Below, piece after piece: positions 37,774-47,361 of a stretch of 64,000 bases of DNA. Below the pieces are notes generated by a model. It had not been told where the DNA came from and did no database searches. It saw nothing but the letters and a program-made list of their open reading frames with translations. Both the position numbers and the translations under genes were made by a program. Origin of the DNA: Clostridium sp. CAG:780 (lineage in GTDB: Bacteria; Bacillota; Clostridia; TANB77; CAG-508); contig HF994452.1 in assembly GCA_000434195.1 (NCBI GenBank), positions 1,829-65,828 on the forward strand. The letters are read 5' to 3'. Positions within the stretch are counted from its first letter, which is position 1; each line of letters starts with the position of its first letter.

Positions 37774-40700
37774 ATATCAACTAATAAATGAAATGGCAAG
37801 TGAAACATTGAAAGAAATTACTCAAAATGGAGAAAGTTGGATTAAGTTTTTAAATACGGCGAGTAACAATTACAAATATTCTTTTAATGAGCAAGTGTTA
37901 ATATATGCTCAAAAACCAAATGCTACTGCTTGTGCAGATATAGAAACTTGGAATAAAAAATTACGAAGATGGGTTAATAAGGGTGCAAAAGGTATTGCCT
38001 TATTATCAATGGAAAATGGCAGAAATGTATTAAGACATGTTTTTGATATTTCAGATACACATAGTGGTATAAATAAAGATTTTAAGTTATGGGAAATAAA
38101 ACCTTCTTATGAAAATGGAATTATAGAAACATTAGAAAATAGTTTTGGAAATTTAGAAGTTAAATCTAATTTAGCAGAAGCAATATATTCAGCATCTATA
38201 AATTTAGTTGAAGATAATTATCAAGATTATTTAGTTGATTTAAAAGAAGTTTTAGATGGTAGCTTATTAGAGGGAATGCAAGATATAGATTTAGAGGGAA
38301 ACTTTATTGTATTACTTGCAAAATCAATATCATATATGGCAATGAAAAGATGTGGCATTGATCCAACAGAACATTTTAATGTATCGGATTTTGAAATGAT
38401 TAGTAGTTTTAATAATAAAAGAGTTGTTTCAAGATTAGGTGCAGCAATAAGTGATATTGCAGAACAAGAATTAAGAGAAATCTATTCTAGTGTTATAAAT
38501 TATGAAAAAAATTATAAATTAACAAATCGTACATTTGTTAATAATGAAAAAATAAATTATCATAATAATGAAGAAAAAAATAATGAAGGGAGAAATGATT
38601 ATGATAGAATTAACATACAATCAAATGGGAGATTACCAAATACCACAAGTAGCATTACCAAAAACGAAGAAAATGGCACAGGGGAGATTCTCAAGAATGA
38701 GGGAGAAATTCCTAAAAGAACACAAAAGAGGGTTATACGAGGAATTAATGTTAGATGGCAAGATGGAAGAACATTTAGGAGAAATAGAGCAAACAGCCCA
38801 AAAGAGAATGAAACAGATAATAACAAGTCTAGCAGAGAAGAATCAAATAACAGAGGAAATGAAAAGAGAGAATCAAATGAGTTGGGTACAAGCAATGAAC
38901 TCAATAAAGAACCAAGTCGAAGAAATGATAATGTCAGAGCTAATTTACAATTAAATCTTTTTGAAGATACCTATGTACCACCAATTAAAGAGTTACCAAG
39001 TGTAGATACACAAATAAATAATATTCAAGCACAAGAAGAAGTAGAAAATACTTCTGCTTTTGAATTTACACAAAAGGTAATAGATGATGTTCTTTTAGAG
39101 GGTAGTCATTTTGCTGATGGAAAATTTAGAATTTATAGATTATTCCAAGAAAGTTATTCTACTGAAGATAACATTACTTTTCTTAAAAAAGAATATGGCG
39201 AGGGTGGTGGAGGTGTAAGAAATTACGAAAATTTAGACGAATGGCATAATGCAAAAGGGATTAGACTAACATTCGGACTAAAAGAAAATGCACCAGAAAC
39301 TTTGATAACATGGAGTAAGGTTGAAAAAAGAATAAAAGAATTAGTAAATGCTGATATTTATCTTAATAGTAATGAAAAAGAAGAATATCAAAAATGGCTT
39401 AATGAGGAATATGAAAATCAAAAATGGATGTATGATGCAAGAATAAATACAGATCAAAAACAAGTAGCTATTGATGAAGAAAATCAAGATATTCAAAATA
39501 TAGAAAAGAATTATAAATTATCTAATGGCAATTATTTTCACTTCCATACTAATGATGAGGGGTATTATTATGCGATTTATAATAACTTTGGAACAGAAAT
39601 AGATGGTGGATTGCTAGAATATTCCGAAATAGATAATACAAAACAATCTGAACTAGATATAAGAAAAAGACTTGCTGAATTTACAGACATAGAAGAATTA
39701 GCAAATGAAAATCTAAGAGAAGTAAGTCAAGAATTTATTGATGCTTTAGAATCTGGAGCTATTGCAGAAGAGGTTGGAAATGCTGTTTTAGAAAAAGTAG
39801 AAAATGACACAATAAATGCAATAGACGAGTTAAAAGCAATTGGACAAGCACAAAAAGTAATCAATTTATTTAAAGCCAGAGAAGAAAATGGAAAGCCACT
39901 TAATAGAGATGAATATTATAAAAATCAAGAAAAAATAAACTATCATATTGATAACAATTCTTTAGGAGAGGGAACTCAAAAAGAAAAAGTAAGAAAAAAT
40001 ATAGAGGCAATAAAACTTTTACATAAGTTAGAAGATGAAAATAGACTAGCAAATAAAGAAGAACAAGAAATTTTATCGAAATATGTTGGTTGGGGTGGAC
40101 TTCCAGATGTATTTGATGAAAATAAAGATAACTGGAGTAAAGAATATAACGAGCTAAAAGAAATACTTACAGATGAAGAATATAAGTCTGCAAGAGCTTC
40201 TACTTTAACTGCTTTTTATACACCACCAGTAGTTATAAATGCAATATATGACACTCTAAAAAGCATGGGTGTTGAACAAGCAAATATTCTTGAACCAAGT
40301 TGTGGTACAGGAAATTTTTTAGGAATGTTGCCACAAGAAATGCAAAGCTCAAAACTATATGGAGTAGAACTTGATTCCATAAGTGGTAAGATAGCAAAAC
40401 AATTATATCAAAAAGCAAATATTAAAGTTCAAGGTTATGAAAAAGCAGATTTACCAGACTCGTTTTTTGATATAGCAATAGGAAATGTGCCATTTGGAGA
40501 TTTCAAAGTTAATGATAAAAGATATGATAAAAATAATTTTCTAATACACGATTATTTCTTTGCTAAAACTTTAGATAAAGTTAGACCAGGAGGAGTAATT
40601 GCATTTATTACTTCAAAAGGAACAATGGATAAAGCAAGTCCAGAGGTTAGAAAGTATTTAGCACAAAGAGCAGACCTTTTAGGTGCTATTAGATTACCAG

Positions 40701-43700
40701 ATAATACTTTTACAAAGAATGCAGGAACAAAAGTAACATCAGATATTATCTTCTTACAAAAAAGAGAAAATTTGACTGATATAATGCCAGATTGGGTATA
40801 TCTTGATAGAGATGAAAACAATATTACAATGAATAAATATTTTGTAGATAATCCAGATATGATATTAGGAAAAATGGAAATGGTATCTACTGCTTATGGC
40901 TATGATTCAACTTGTAAAGCAGAAGAAGACACAAATTTAGAAGAACAATTAAATTATGCGATAACTAATATACATGGAGAATTACAGAATAATAGTATTG
41001 AAAATGAAATTGAACAAGAAGACACATCAATACCTGCAATTCCAACTGTTAAGAATTATTCTTATGCAATAGTAGATGATAAATTGTATTTTAGAGAAAA
41101 TTCAAAAATGATATTACAAGATGAGTTACCTTTAACGGCACAAAATAGAATAAAAGGCTTAATTTTGTTAAGAGAACAAGTAAGAGAACTAATTGATTTC
41201 CAAATGGAAGATTATTCAGATGAGAAAATTCATATTGCACAAGCAAAATTAAATGAATTATATGATAAATTTACAAAAGAATATGGCTTAATAAATTCAA
41301 GAGCAAATGAAACGGCATTTTCTAATGATAGTAGTTATTTCTTATTATGCTCACTTGAAAAAATAGATGGAGAGGGTAAATTTGTAGGAAAAGCTGATAT
41401 ATTTAGTAAAAGAACTATAAAGGCTAAAAAGAAAGTATTACAAGTAGATACACCAGATGAAGCACTAATTTTATCTATTCAAGATAAAGCAAAAGTTGAT
41501 TTAGACTATATGCAGCAATTATGCAATATGGATAAAGAAGAAATAATAAATAGTTTAGAGGGTGTTATTTTTAGAGTTCCTGATTATGAAAATACAAACA
41601 ATTGGGTAACTGCTGATGAATATTTATCTGGTAATGTTAGAGAAAAACTAAAAGTTGCAGAACAATTTGCAAAAGAAGATTCTAGTTTTAATATAAATGT
41701 TGAAAAATTAAAAGAGGTTATTCCAAAAGACCTTACTGCAAGTGAAATTGGAATTAAGTTAGGCTCAACATGGATACCTCCAGAAATCATTAGAAAGTTT
41801 ATTTTTGAATTATTAGATACACCAAGTTATAACAGATGGGATATTCATGTTAAATATTCTAATATAACTGCTGAATGGTATATTGATGGAAAAAGTAATG
41901 ATAGAAACAATGTAAAAGCATATACAACTTATGGTACATCAAGAATAAATGCATATAAAATAATAGAACAGACACTTAATCTAAAAGATGTAAAAATATT
42001 TGATACATTTATAGATGATGAGGGCAGAAAACAAAGAGTATTAAACAGAAAAGAAACTGCAATAGCTTGTAGTAAACAAGACGCAATAAAAGAAGCATTC
42101 TTAAATTGGGTATGGGAAGATCCAGAAAGAAGAAATCATTTAGTAAGACTTTATAATGATAAATTTAATTGCATAAGACCAAGAGAATATGATGGCTCTC
42201 ATATAGGTTTTGTAGGAATGAATCCAGAGATAAAATTAAGGACACATCAACTTAATGCAGTAGCACATGTTTTATATGGTAATAACACATTATTAGCACA
42301 TGAAGTAGGTGCAGGAAAGACTTTTGAGATGGTTGCAGCTGCAATGGAAAGTAAGCGTTTAGGCTTATGTAATAAGTCTTTATTTGTAGTTCCAAATCAT
42401 ATTATAGAGCAGTTTGCAAGTGAGTTTTTGCAACTTTATCCAAGTGCCAATATTTTAGTTGCTACTAAAAAAGACTTTGAAACCAAAAATAGAAAGAAAT
42501 TTTGTAGTAGGATAGCAACAGGAGAATTTGATGCAGTAATTATTGGACATTCACAATTTGAAAGAATACCAATGTCAATAGAAAGACAAATTGCATCATT
42601 AGAAGAACAAATAAGTGATATTACAAAAGGAATTGCCTCTGAAAAATCAAACAGAGGAGAAAACTATACTATTAAACAAATGGAGAAAACAAGAAAATCA
42701 TTAGAAACTAGATTAGAGAAATTACATAAGGAAGAAAGAAAAGATGATGTTGTAACATTTGAAGAATTAGGTGTAGATAAATTATTTGTTGATGAAGCTC
42801 ATAATTATAAGAATTTGTTTTTATATACGAAAATGCGTAATGTAGGTGGAATAGCACAAACTGAAGCACAAAAATCTTCCGACCTTTTTATGAAATGTAG
42901 ATATTTAGATGAAATTACAGGAGGCAAAGGTTCTGTATTTGCTACTGGAACACCAGTAAGTAACTCAATGGCAGAACTTTATACAATGCAGAGATATTTA
43001 CAATATTCTGGACTAAAAGAAAATAGTTTAGAACATTTTGATAATTGGGCAAGTACATTTGGAGAAACAGTTACTGCAATAGAACTTGCACCAGAGGGTA
43101 CAGGATATAGAGCAAAAACAAGATTTGCAAAATTTCACAATTTACCAGAGCTAATGTCTATGTTTAAAGAAGTAGCAGATATTCAAACTGCTGAAACATT
43201 AAATTTACCAACACCAGAATTTGAAAATATAAATGTAGTTGTAAAACCAAGTGAAATACAGCAAGAAATGGTTAAGGCTTTAGGAGAAAGAGCAGAGAAA
43301 ATAAGGTCAGGAACAGTTGATGCAACAGAAGATAATATGCTTAAAATTACAAATGAGGGTAGAAAACTTGCACTAGACCAACGACTTATGAATCCTTTAT
43401 TACCAGATTCAGAAAGTAGTAAAGTAAATTCATGTGCAGAAAATGTTTATAGAATATGGAATGAAAATAGTGATAAGAAATCAACGCAACTTGTATTTTG
43501 TGATTTATCAACACCAAAAGACTTAAAAGGCTATGAAAAAGAAGAATTTACAGATGTATATAATGAGTTAAAGAAAAAGCTAATTCAAAAAGGTATTCCA
43601 CCTGATGAAATAGCTTTTATTCATGAGGCAGATAATGAGGTTAAAAAGAAAGAATTATTTAGTAAAGTAAGAAAAGGACAAGTTAGAGTGTTAATGGGTT

Positions 43701-44725
43701 CAACTCAAAAAATGGGTGCAGGTACTAATGTTCAAGATAAGTTAATTGCAACTCATCATTTAGATTGTGCATGGAAACCTTCTGATTTGACTCAACGAAA
43801 TGGAAGAATGATTAGACAGGGGAATGAAAACAAAAAAGTATATGTATATTCGTATGTTACTGAAAAGACATTTGATAGTTATATGTATCAATTAGTAGAG
43901 CAAAAGCAAAAATTCATTTCTCAAATAATGACATCAAAAACACCTGCAAGAACAATGGAAGATATTGATGACAAAGCATTAACTTATGGAGAAATAAAAG
44001 CATTAGCAACAGGAAATCCTAAAATATTAGAAAAGACATCGTTAGATACTGATGTAGCAAAATTAAAACTATTAAAACAAGAATTTATGAATCAAAAATA
44101 TTCATTGCAAGATAAGATTATAAAATACTTTCCAGAAGAAATAGCAAGACTTAATAATAAAATTGGAGCAATGGAAGAAGATATTATTAAATTACAAGAA
44201 TACACTAGACCCAATGCAGATGGATTTTCTCCTATGAAAATAAATGGAATAACTTATACTGAAAAACAAGAGGCTGGAAAGAAACTATTAGAGAGTATTC
44301 AAAATTTAAAAAGTATTGAAACACGAGAAATAGGAGAATATAGAGGATTTACAATGGAGATGAGTTTCGATTCAATAACTAGAAATATTAGATTAAAACT
44401 AAAAAATAAATTTAGATATTCTATTGATTTAGGAACTGATGTAAATGGAAATATAACAAGAATAAATAATTGTTTAGAGAATATTGCAAAAGATATTCCT
44501 CACGAAAGAGATTTATTAGATAATACATATTTTCAATTAGAAAATGCAAAACAAGAATCTCAAAAGGAATTTCCTAAAGAACAAGAATTACAAGAAAAGT
44601 TACGAAAACTAGAAGAAATAAATGCAGAATTAAAAATAAATGAAAATGAACATGAAATGTTAGGAGATGAAAAGGAAGAAAAACAAGATAAATCTCCTGA
44701 TAAAAATTCTCCAGAAAGATTGTAA
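37763..44725 (+). CDS. polyvalent conjugative-element protein: ArdC-N-like ssDNA-binding domain + N6-adenine DNA methyltransferase + SNF2/DEAH helicase (DarB-like)
   Basis: N-terminus: NEQVLIYAQKPNATACADIETWNKKLRRWVNKGAKGIALL (ArdC-N pattern). Methylase: LEPSCGTGNFLG and GNVPFGD. Helicase: HEVGAGKTF, VDEAHNYKN and QRNGRMIRQGN. Confidence 0.8.
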   Translation: MANKYQLINEMASETLKEITQNGESWIKFLNTASNNYKYSFNEQVLIYAQKPNATACADIETWNKKLRRWVNKGAKGIALLSMENGRNVLRHVFDISDTHSGINKDFKLWEIKPSYENGIIETLENSFGNLEVKSNLAEAIYSASINLVEDNYQDYLVDLKEVLDGSLLEGMQDIDLEGNFIVLLAKSISYMAMKRCGIDPTEHFNVSDFEMISSFNNKRVVSRLGAAISDIAEQELREIYSSVINYEKNYKLTNRTFVNNEKINYHNNEEKNNEGRNDYDRINIQSNGRLPNTTSSITKNEENGTGEILKNEGEIPKRTQKRVIRGINVRWQDGRTFRRNRANSPKENETDNNKSSREESNNRGNEKRESNELGTSNELNKEPSRRNDNVRANLQLNLFEDTYVPPIKELPSVDTQINNIQAQEEVENTSAFEFTQKVIDDVLLEGSHFADGKFRIYRLFQESYSTEDNITFLKKEYGEGGGGVRNYENLDEWHNAKGIRLTFGLKENAPETLITWSKVEKRIKELVNADIYLNSNEKEEYQKWLNEEYENQKWMYDARINTDQKQVAIDEENQDIQNIEKNYKLSNGNYFHFHTNDEGYYYAIYNNFGTEIDGGLLEYSEIDNTKQSELDIRKRLAEFTDIEELANENLREVSQEFIDALESGAIAEEVGNAVLEKVENDTINAIDELKAIGQAQKVINLFKAREENGKPLNRDEYYKNQEKINYHIDNNSLGEGTQKEKVRKNIEAIKLLHKLEDENRLANKEEQEILSKYVGWGGLPDVFDENKDNWSKEYNELKEILTDEEYKSARASTLTAFYTPPVVINAIYDTLKSMGVEQANILEPSCGTGNFLGMLPQEMQSSKLYGVELDSISGKIAKQLYQKANIKVQGYEKADLPDSFFDIAIGNVPFGDFKVNDKRYDKNNFLIHDYFFAKTLDKVRPGGVIAFITSKGTMDKASPEVRKYLAQRADLLGAIRLPDNTFTKNAGTKVTSDIIFLQKRENLTDIMPDWVYLDRDENNITMNKYFVDNPDMILGKMEMVSTAYGYDSTCKAEEDTNLEEQLNYAITNIHGELQNNSIENEIEQEDTSIPAIPTVKNYSYAIVDDKLYFRENSKMILQDELPLTAQNRIKGLILLREQVRELIDFQMEDYSDEKIHIAQAKLNELYDKFTKEYGLINSRANETAFSNDSSYFLLCSLEKIDGEGKFVGKADIFSKRTIKAKKKVLQVDTPDEALILSIQDKAKVDLDYMQQLCNMDKEEIINSLEGVIFRVPDYENTNNWVTADEYLSGNVREKLKVAEQFAKEDSSFNINVEKLKEVIPKDLTASEIGIKLGSTWIPPEIIRKFIFELLDTPSYNRWDIHVKYSNITAEWYIDGKSNDRNNVKAYTTYGTSRINAYKIIEQTLNLKDVKIFDTFIDDEGRKQRVLNRKETAIACSKQDAIKEAFLNWVWEDPERRNHLVRLYNDKFNCIRPREYDGSHIGFVGMNPEIKLRTHQLNAVAHVLYGNNTLLAHEVGAGKTFEMVAAAMESKRLGLCNKSLFVVPNHIIEQFASEFLQLYPSANILVATKKDFETKNRKKFCSRIATGEFDAVIIGHSQFERIPMSIERQIASLEEQISDITKGIASEKSNRGENYTIKQMEKTRKSLETRLEKLHKEERKDDVVTFEELGVDKLFVDEAHNYKNLFLYTKMRNVGGIAQTEAQKSSDLFMKCRYLDEITGGKGSVFATGTPVSNSMAELYTMQRYLQYSGLKENSLEHFDNWASTFGETVTAIELAPEGTGYRAKTRFAKFHNLPELMSMFKEVADIQTAETLNLPTPEFENINVVVKPSEIQQEMVKALGERAEKIRSGTVDATEDNMLKITNEGRKLALDQRLMNPLLPDSESSKVNSCAENVYRIWNENSDKKSTQLVFCDLSTPKDLKGYEKEEFTDVYNELKKKLIQKGIPPDEIAFIHEADNEVKKKELFSKVRKGQVRVLMGSTQKMGAGTNVQDKLIATHHLDCAWKPSDLTQRNGRMIRQGNENKKVYVYSYVTEKTFDSYMYQLVEQKQKFISQIMTSKTPARTMEDIDDKALTYGEIKALATGNPKILEKTSLDTDVAKLKLLKQEFMNQKYSLQDKIIKYFPEEIARLNNKIGAMEEDIIKLQEYTRPNADGFSPMKINGITYTEKQEAGKKLLESIQNLKSIETREIGEYRGFTMEMSFDSITRNIRLKLKNKFRYSIDLGTDVNGNITRINNCLENIAKDIPHERDLLDNTYFQLENAKQESQKEFPKEQELQEKLRKLEEINAELKINENEHEMLGDEKEEKQDKSPDKNSPERL
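38601..38954 (+). CDS. tnpV: TnpV-like protein encoded in an alternative frame inside the polyvalent ORF
   Basis: The ORF track gives 38568..38954. AAGGGAG (38586-38592) lies 8 nt before ATG 38601. Product: MIELTYNQMGDYQIP...GRFSRMREKFLKEHKRGLY...ENQMSWVQAMNSIKNQVEEMIMSELIYN, which matches my recollection of TnpV family length and motifs. Confidence 0.55.
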   Translation: MIELTYNQMGDYQIPQVALPKTKKMAQGRFSRMREKFLKEHKRGLYEELMLDGKMEEHLGEIEQTAQKRMKQIITSLAEKNQITEEMKRENQMSWVQAMNSIKNQVEEMIMSELIYN

Positions 44726-44748
44726 AAAAATTAAATTTATGCTATAAT
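44720..44748 (+). promoter_or_regulatory. sigma-A promoter TTGTAA-17-TGcTATAAT for the erm-like gene
   Basis: TTGTAA at 44720-44725 contains the stop of the upstream ORF. TATAAT at 44743-44748 with a TG extended -10. Confidence 0.6.
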
Positions 44749-44784
44749 GATTTCATCAAATAGTAATTTGTAAAGGAGGTATTT

Positions 44785-45699
44785 ATGGGAATAGAACATT
44801 CGCAAAATTATTTACATAGTAAACAACTTGTAGCGACTTTGTTATCAAAGAGTAATATTTGTAACGACGATATTATAATTGAGATAGGTCCTGGAAAAGG
44901 AATTATTACCATTGAACTTGCAAAAAAAAGCAAGCAAGTTATAGCAATAGAGTTTGATGCGAAATTAGCGAAAACTTTATCTGAAAAGTATAAAGAATCT
45001 AAAAAAGTTCAAATAATAGAGATGGATTTTTTAAAATATAAAATATCAGTAAAAGAACCATATAAAGTATGTGCAAATATTCCATTTAACATAACTGCTG
45101 ATATTGTGAAAAAGGTATTTGAAGCCGATAATCCTCCTGAAGATATATATTTCATAATGCAGTATGAGGCTTTTCTCAGGTATTCTGGACAGCCCTTTTA
45201 TAACGAAAGTTTGAGGTCTCTTTTATACAAACCTTGGTTTTCCGCTGAATTGATTTATGAGTTTAAACCATCAGATTTTTATCCTGTGCCAAATGCACGA
45301 ATATGTTTTGCTCACTTTCAAAGAAAAACATCTGCTGATGTTGAGGATGCGATAGACTATAGAAATTTTCTGTCATATATATTTTTAGCATCTGGAAATA
45401 CTTTCAAAGATAAAACAAAAAAATTGTTTACTTATGAGCAACAAAAACGCATTTGCAAGTTTTTAAAAATTAAATTAGAGTCAACGCTTACTGAAATCTC
45501 ATACGATGGATGGCTGTACCTATATGATGTTTTTCTTAAATTTGTTTCCAACGAAAAAAAAGCTATTATATTAAATGCTGAACAAGACATGAAAAACAAT
45601 CAAAACAAGATTCAAAAAAAACATCGAAATCGTAATCATGGTTATTGGAAATTTGAAGCTAAGCGCCAAAAAAAATTAAAATTTGAAAATGGAAAATAA
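44785..45699 (+). CDS. erm: Erm-family 23S rRNA (adenine-N6)-methyltransferase, divergent, with a basic C-terminal extension
   Basis: HSQNYLHS, IIEIGPGKGIITIELAKKSKQVIAIEFD, YKVCANIPFNITADIVKK and DFYPVPN align in order with the ErmB motifs as I remember them. Confidence 0.7.
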   Translation: MGIEHSQNYLHSKQLVATLLSKSNICNDDIIIEIGPGKGIITIELAKKSKQVIAIEFDAKLAKTLSEKYKESKKVQIIEMDFLKYKISVKEPYKVCANIPFNITADIVKKVFEADNPPEDIYFIMQYEAFLRYSGQPFYNESLRSLLYKPWFSAELIYEFKPSDFYPVPNARICFAHFQRKTSADVEDAIDYRNFLSYIFLASGNTFKDKTKKLFTYEQQKRICKFLKIKLESTLTEISYDGWLYLYDVFLKFVSNEKKAIILNAEQDMKNNQNKIQKKHRNRNHGYWKFEAKRQKKLKFENGK

Positions 45700-45842
45700 G
45701 AATTTTATCAGTAGCTATATTTCAAATTTCTATATTATTAGCAATAGTGTAAACAAAAAAGTTGACAGAAAAAAGTAATAAGTAAATCATAAATTACAAT
45801 TTAGTGATTTGTTAGATAAATAGTAATTTGTAGGGAGGAACA

Positions 45843-47327
45843 ATGTCTTTAATAAGTGTAAATAATTTGACTTTTGGATATGATGGAAGTTTTAATAATA
45901 TATTTGAAAATGTTTCATTTAATATAGATACAGATTGGAAATTAGGACTAATAGGTAGAAATGGTAAAGGAAAAACTACATTTTTAAAGCTATTACAGGG
46001 AAAATATGAATATAGAGGAACAATATCAAAAAGTGTAGATGTTGATTATTTTCCTTTTGAAGTAACTAATAAAAATAGAATGTCAATAGAGATAGTAAAT
46101 GAAATTGCTCCAAATGTTGAGGATTGGGAAATTATAAAAGAATTGAATTTATTAAATAGTGATATAGAAATTCTTTATAGAAATTTTAATTTATTAAGTG
46201 GTGGAGAACAAATAAAAATACTTTTAATTAGCTTATTTTTAAAAGGAAATAATTTCTTGCTTATAGATGAGCCTACAAACCATTTGGACATAGAAACAAG
46301 AAATAATTTAGTTGATTATTTGGAAAAGAAAAAAGGTTTTATATTAGTATCTCACGATAGAATTTTTTTAGATAAAGTTGTAAATCATATTATTTCTATA
46401 AATAACACTAATATTGAAATACAGCAGGGTAATTTTTCATCTTGGAAAGAAAATAAAGACAGACAAGATAATTTTGAAATAATGCAAAATGAAAAATTAC
46501 AAAAAGATATAAATAAACTTGAAATTGCTTCAAAAAATACTGCAAAATGGTCTAATGAGGTTGAAAAGTCAAAATATAAAACAAGCAATTCAGAATCAAA
46601 GATAGACAGAGGTTACCTAGGACATAAGTCTGCTAAAATGATGAAAAAGTCAAAAGTTATGGAAGGGCGAATTGAAAAGGCAATAGATGAAAAAACTAAT
46701 TTATTAAAAAATATAGATAGAAATGATAGTTTAAAAATAATTCCAATAGGAAGTAGAAAAAGTCCATTGATTTTAGCAAATAACTTACAAATAAAATACA
46801 ATGAAAAAATAATATTCTCTCCAGTTTCATTTGAAGTAGAAAATGGAGATAGAATTGCAATAGTTGGAAAAAATGGAATAGGAAAATCAAGTATATTAAA
46901 ATTGATTTTAGGTCAAGAGATACAATATAACGGAGAATTAAAAATAGCAAATGACTTAAAAATATCTTATGTATCACAGAATACAGACTATTTAAAAGGA
47001 AACTTAAAAAACTTTTCACAAGATAATAAAATAGATGAAAGTATTTTTAAAGCAATGTTATCTAAAATGGGATTTTCAAAATTAGATTTTGATACTAAAA
47101 TTGAAGAAATGAGCGAAGGACAGAAAAAGAAAATTTTAATTGCAAAAAGTATATCAGAACAAGCTAATATTTATATATGGGACGAGCCATTGAATTATAT
47201 AGATATACTAACAAGAGAACAAATAGAGGACTCAATCTTAAAATATAATCCAACACTAATCTTTGTTGAACACGATACAACTTTTGTAGAGAAAGTAGCG
47301 ACAAAGATTATAACAATAGAAAAATAA
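45843..47327 (+). CDS. ABC-F ribosomal protection protein, Lsa-like
   Basis: Two ABC cassettes with no TM domain. The N-terminus LTFGYDGS...NIDTDWKLGLIGRNGKGKTTFLKLLQGKYEYRGTI...VDYFPFEV closely follows the Lsa N-terminus pattern. Second Walker A: GKNGIGKSS. Confidence 0.8.
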   Translation: MSLISVNNLTFGYDGSFNNIFENVSFNIDTDWKLGLIGRNGKGKTTFLKLLQGKYEYRGTISKSVDVDYFPFEVTNKNRMSIEIVNEIAPNVEDWEIIKELNLLNSDIEILYRNFNLLSGGEQIKILLISLFLKGNNFLLIDEPTNHLDIETRNNLVDYLEKKKGFILVSHDRIFLDKVVNHIISINNTNIEIQQGNFSSWKENKDRQDNFEIMQNEKLQKDINKLEIASKNTAKWSNEVEKSKYKTSNSESKIDRGYLGHKSAKMMKKSKVMEGRIEKAIDEKTNLLKNIDRNDSLKIIPIGSRKSPLILANNLQIKYNEKIIFSPVSFEVENGDRIAIVGKNGIGKSSILKLILGQEIQYNGELKIANDLKISYVSQNTDYLKGNLKNFSQDNKIDESIFKAMLSKMGFSKLDFDTKIEEMSEGQKKKILIAKSISEQANIYIWDEPLNYIDILTREQIEDSILKYNPTLIFVEHDTTFVEKVATKIITIEK

Positions 47328-47361
47328 GTGTGCGAGAAATTACAAGTTATAGAGTAGTTTT

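Noticed and set aside
38599-38904. 101-aa minus-strand ORF opposite the TnpV-like region
   Set aside because: The translation is S/L/F-rich and low in complexity. It is open only because the + strand is purine-rich here, so the complement lacks the A needed for stop codons.
44749-44784. Expected an erm leader peptide/attenuator
   Set aside because: Only about 36 nt separate the -10 element from the start codon. There is no upstream ATG with an RBS and no alternative hairpins, so I do not call an attenuator.
45700-45842. Possible ribosome-sensing attenuator upstream of the ABC-F gene
   Set aside because: I found only a weak AT-rich 6-bp stem (aaatca/tgattt). There is no uORF and no terminator-like hairpin with a T-run, so the evidence is insufficient.
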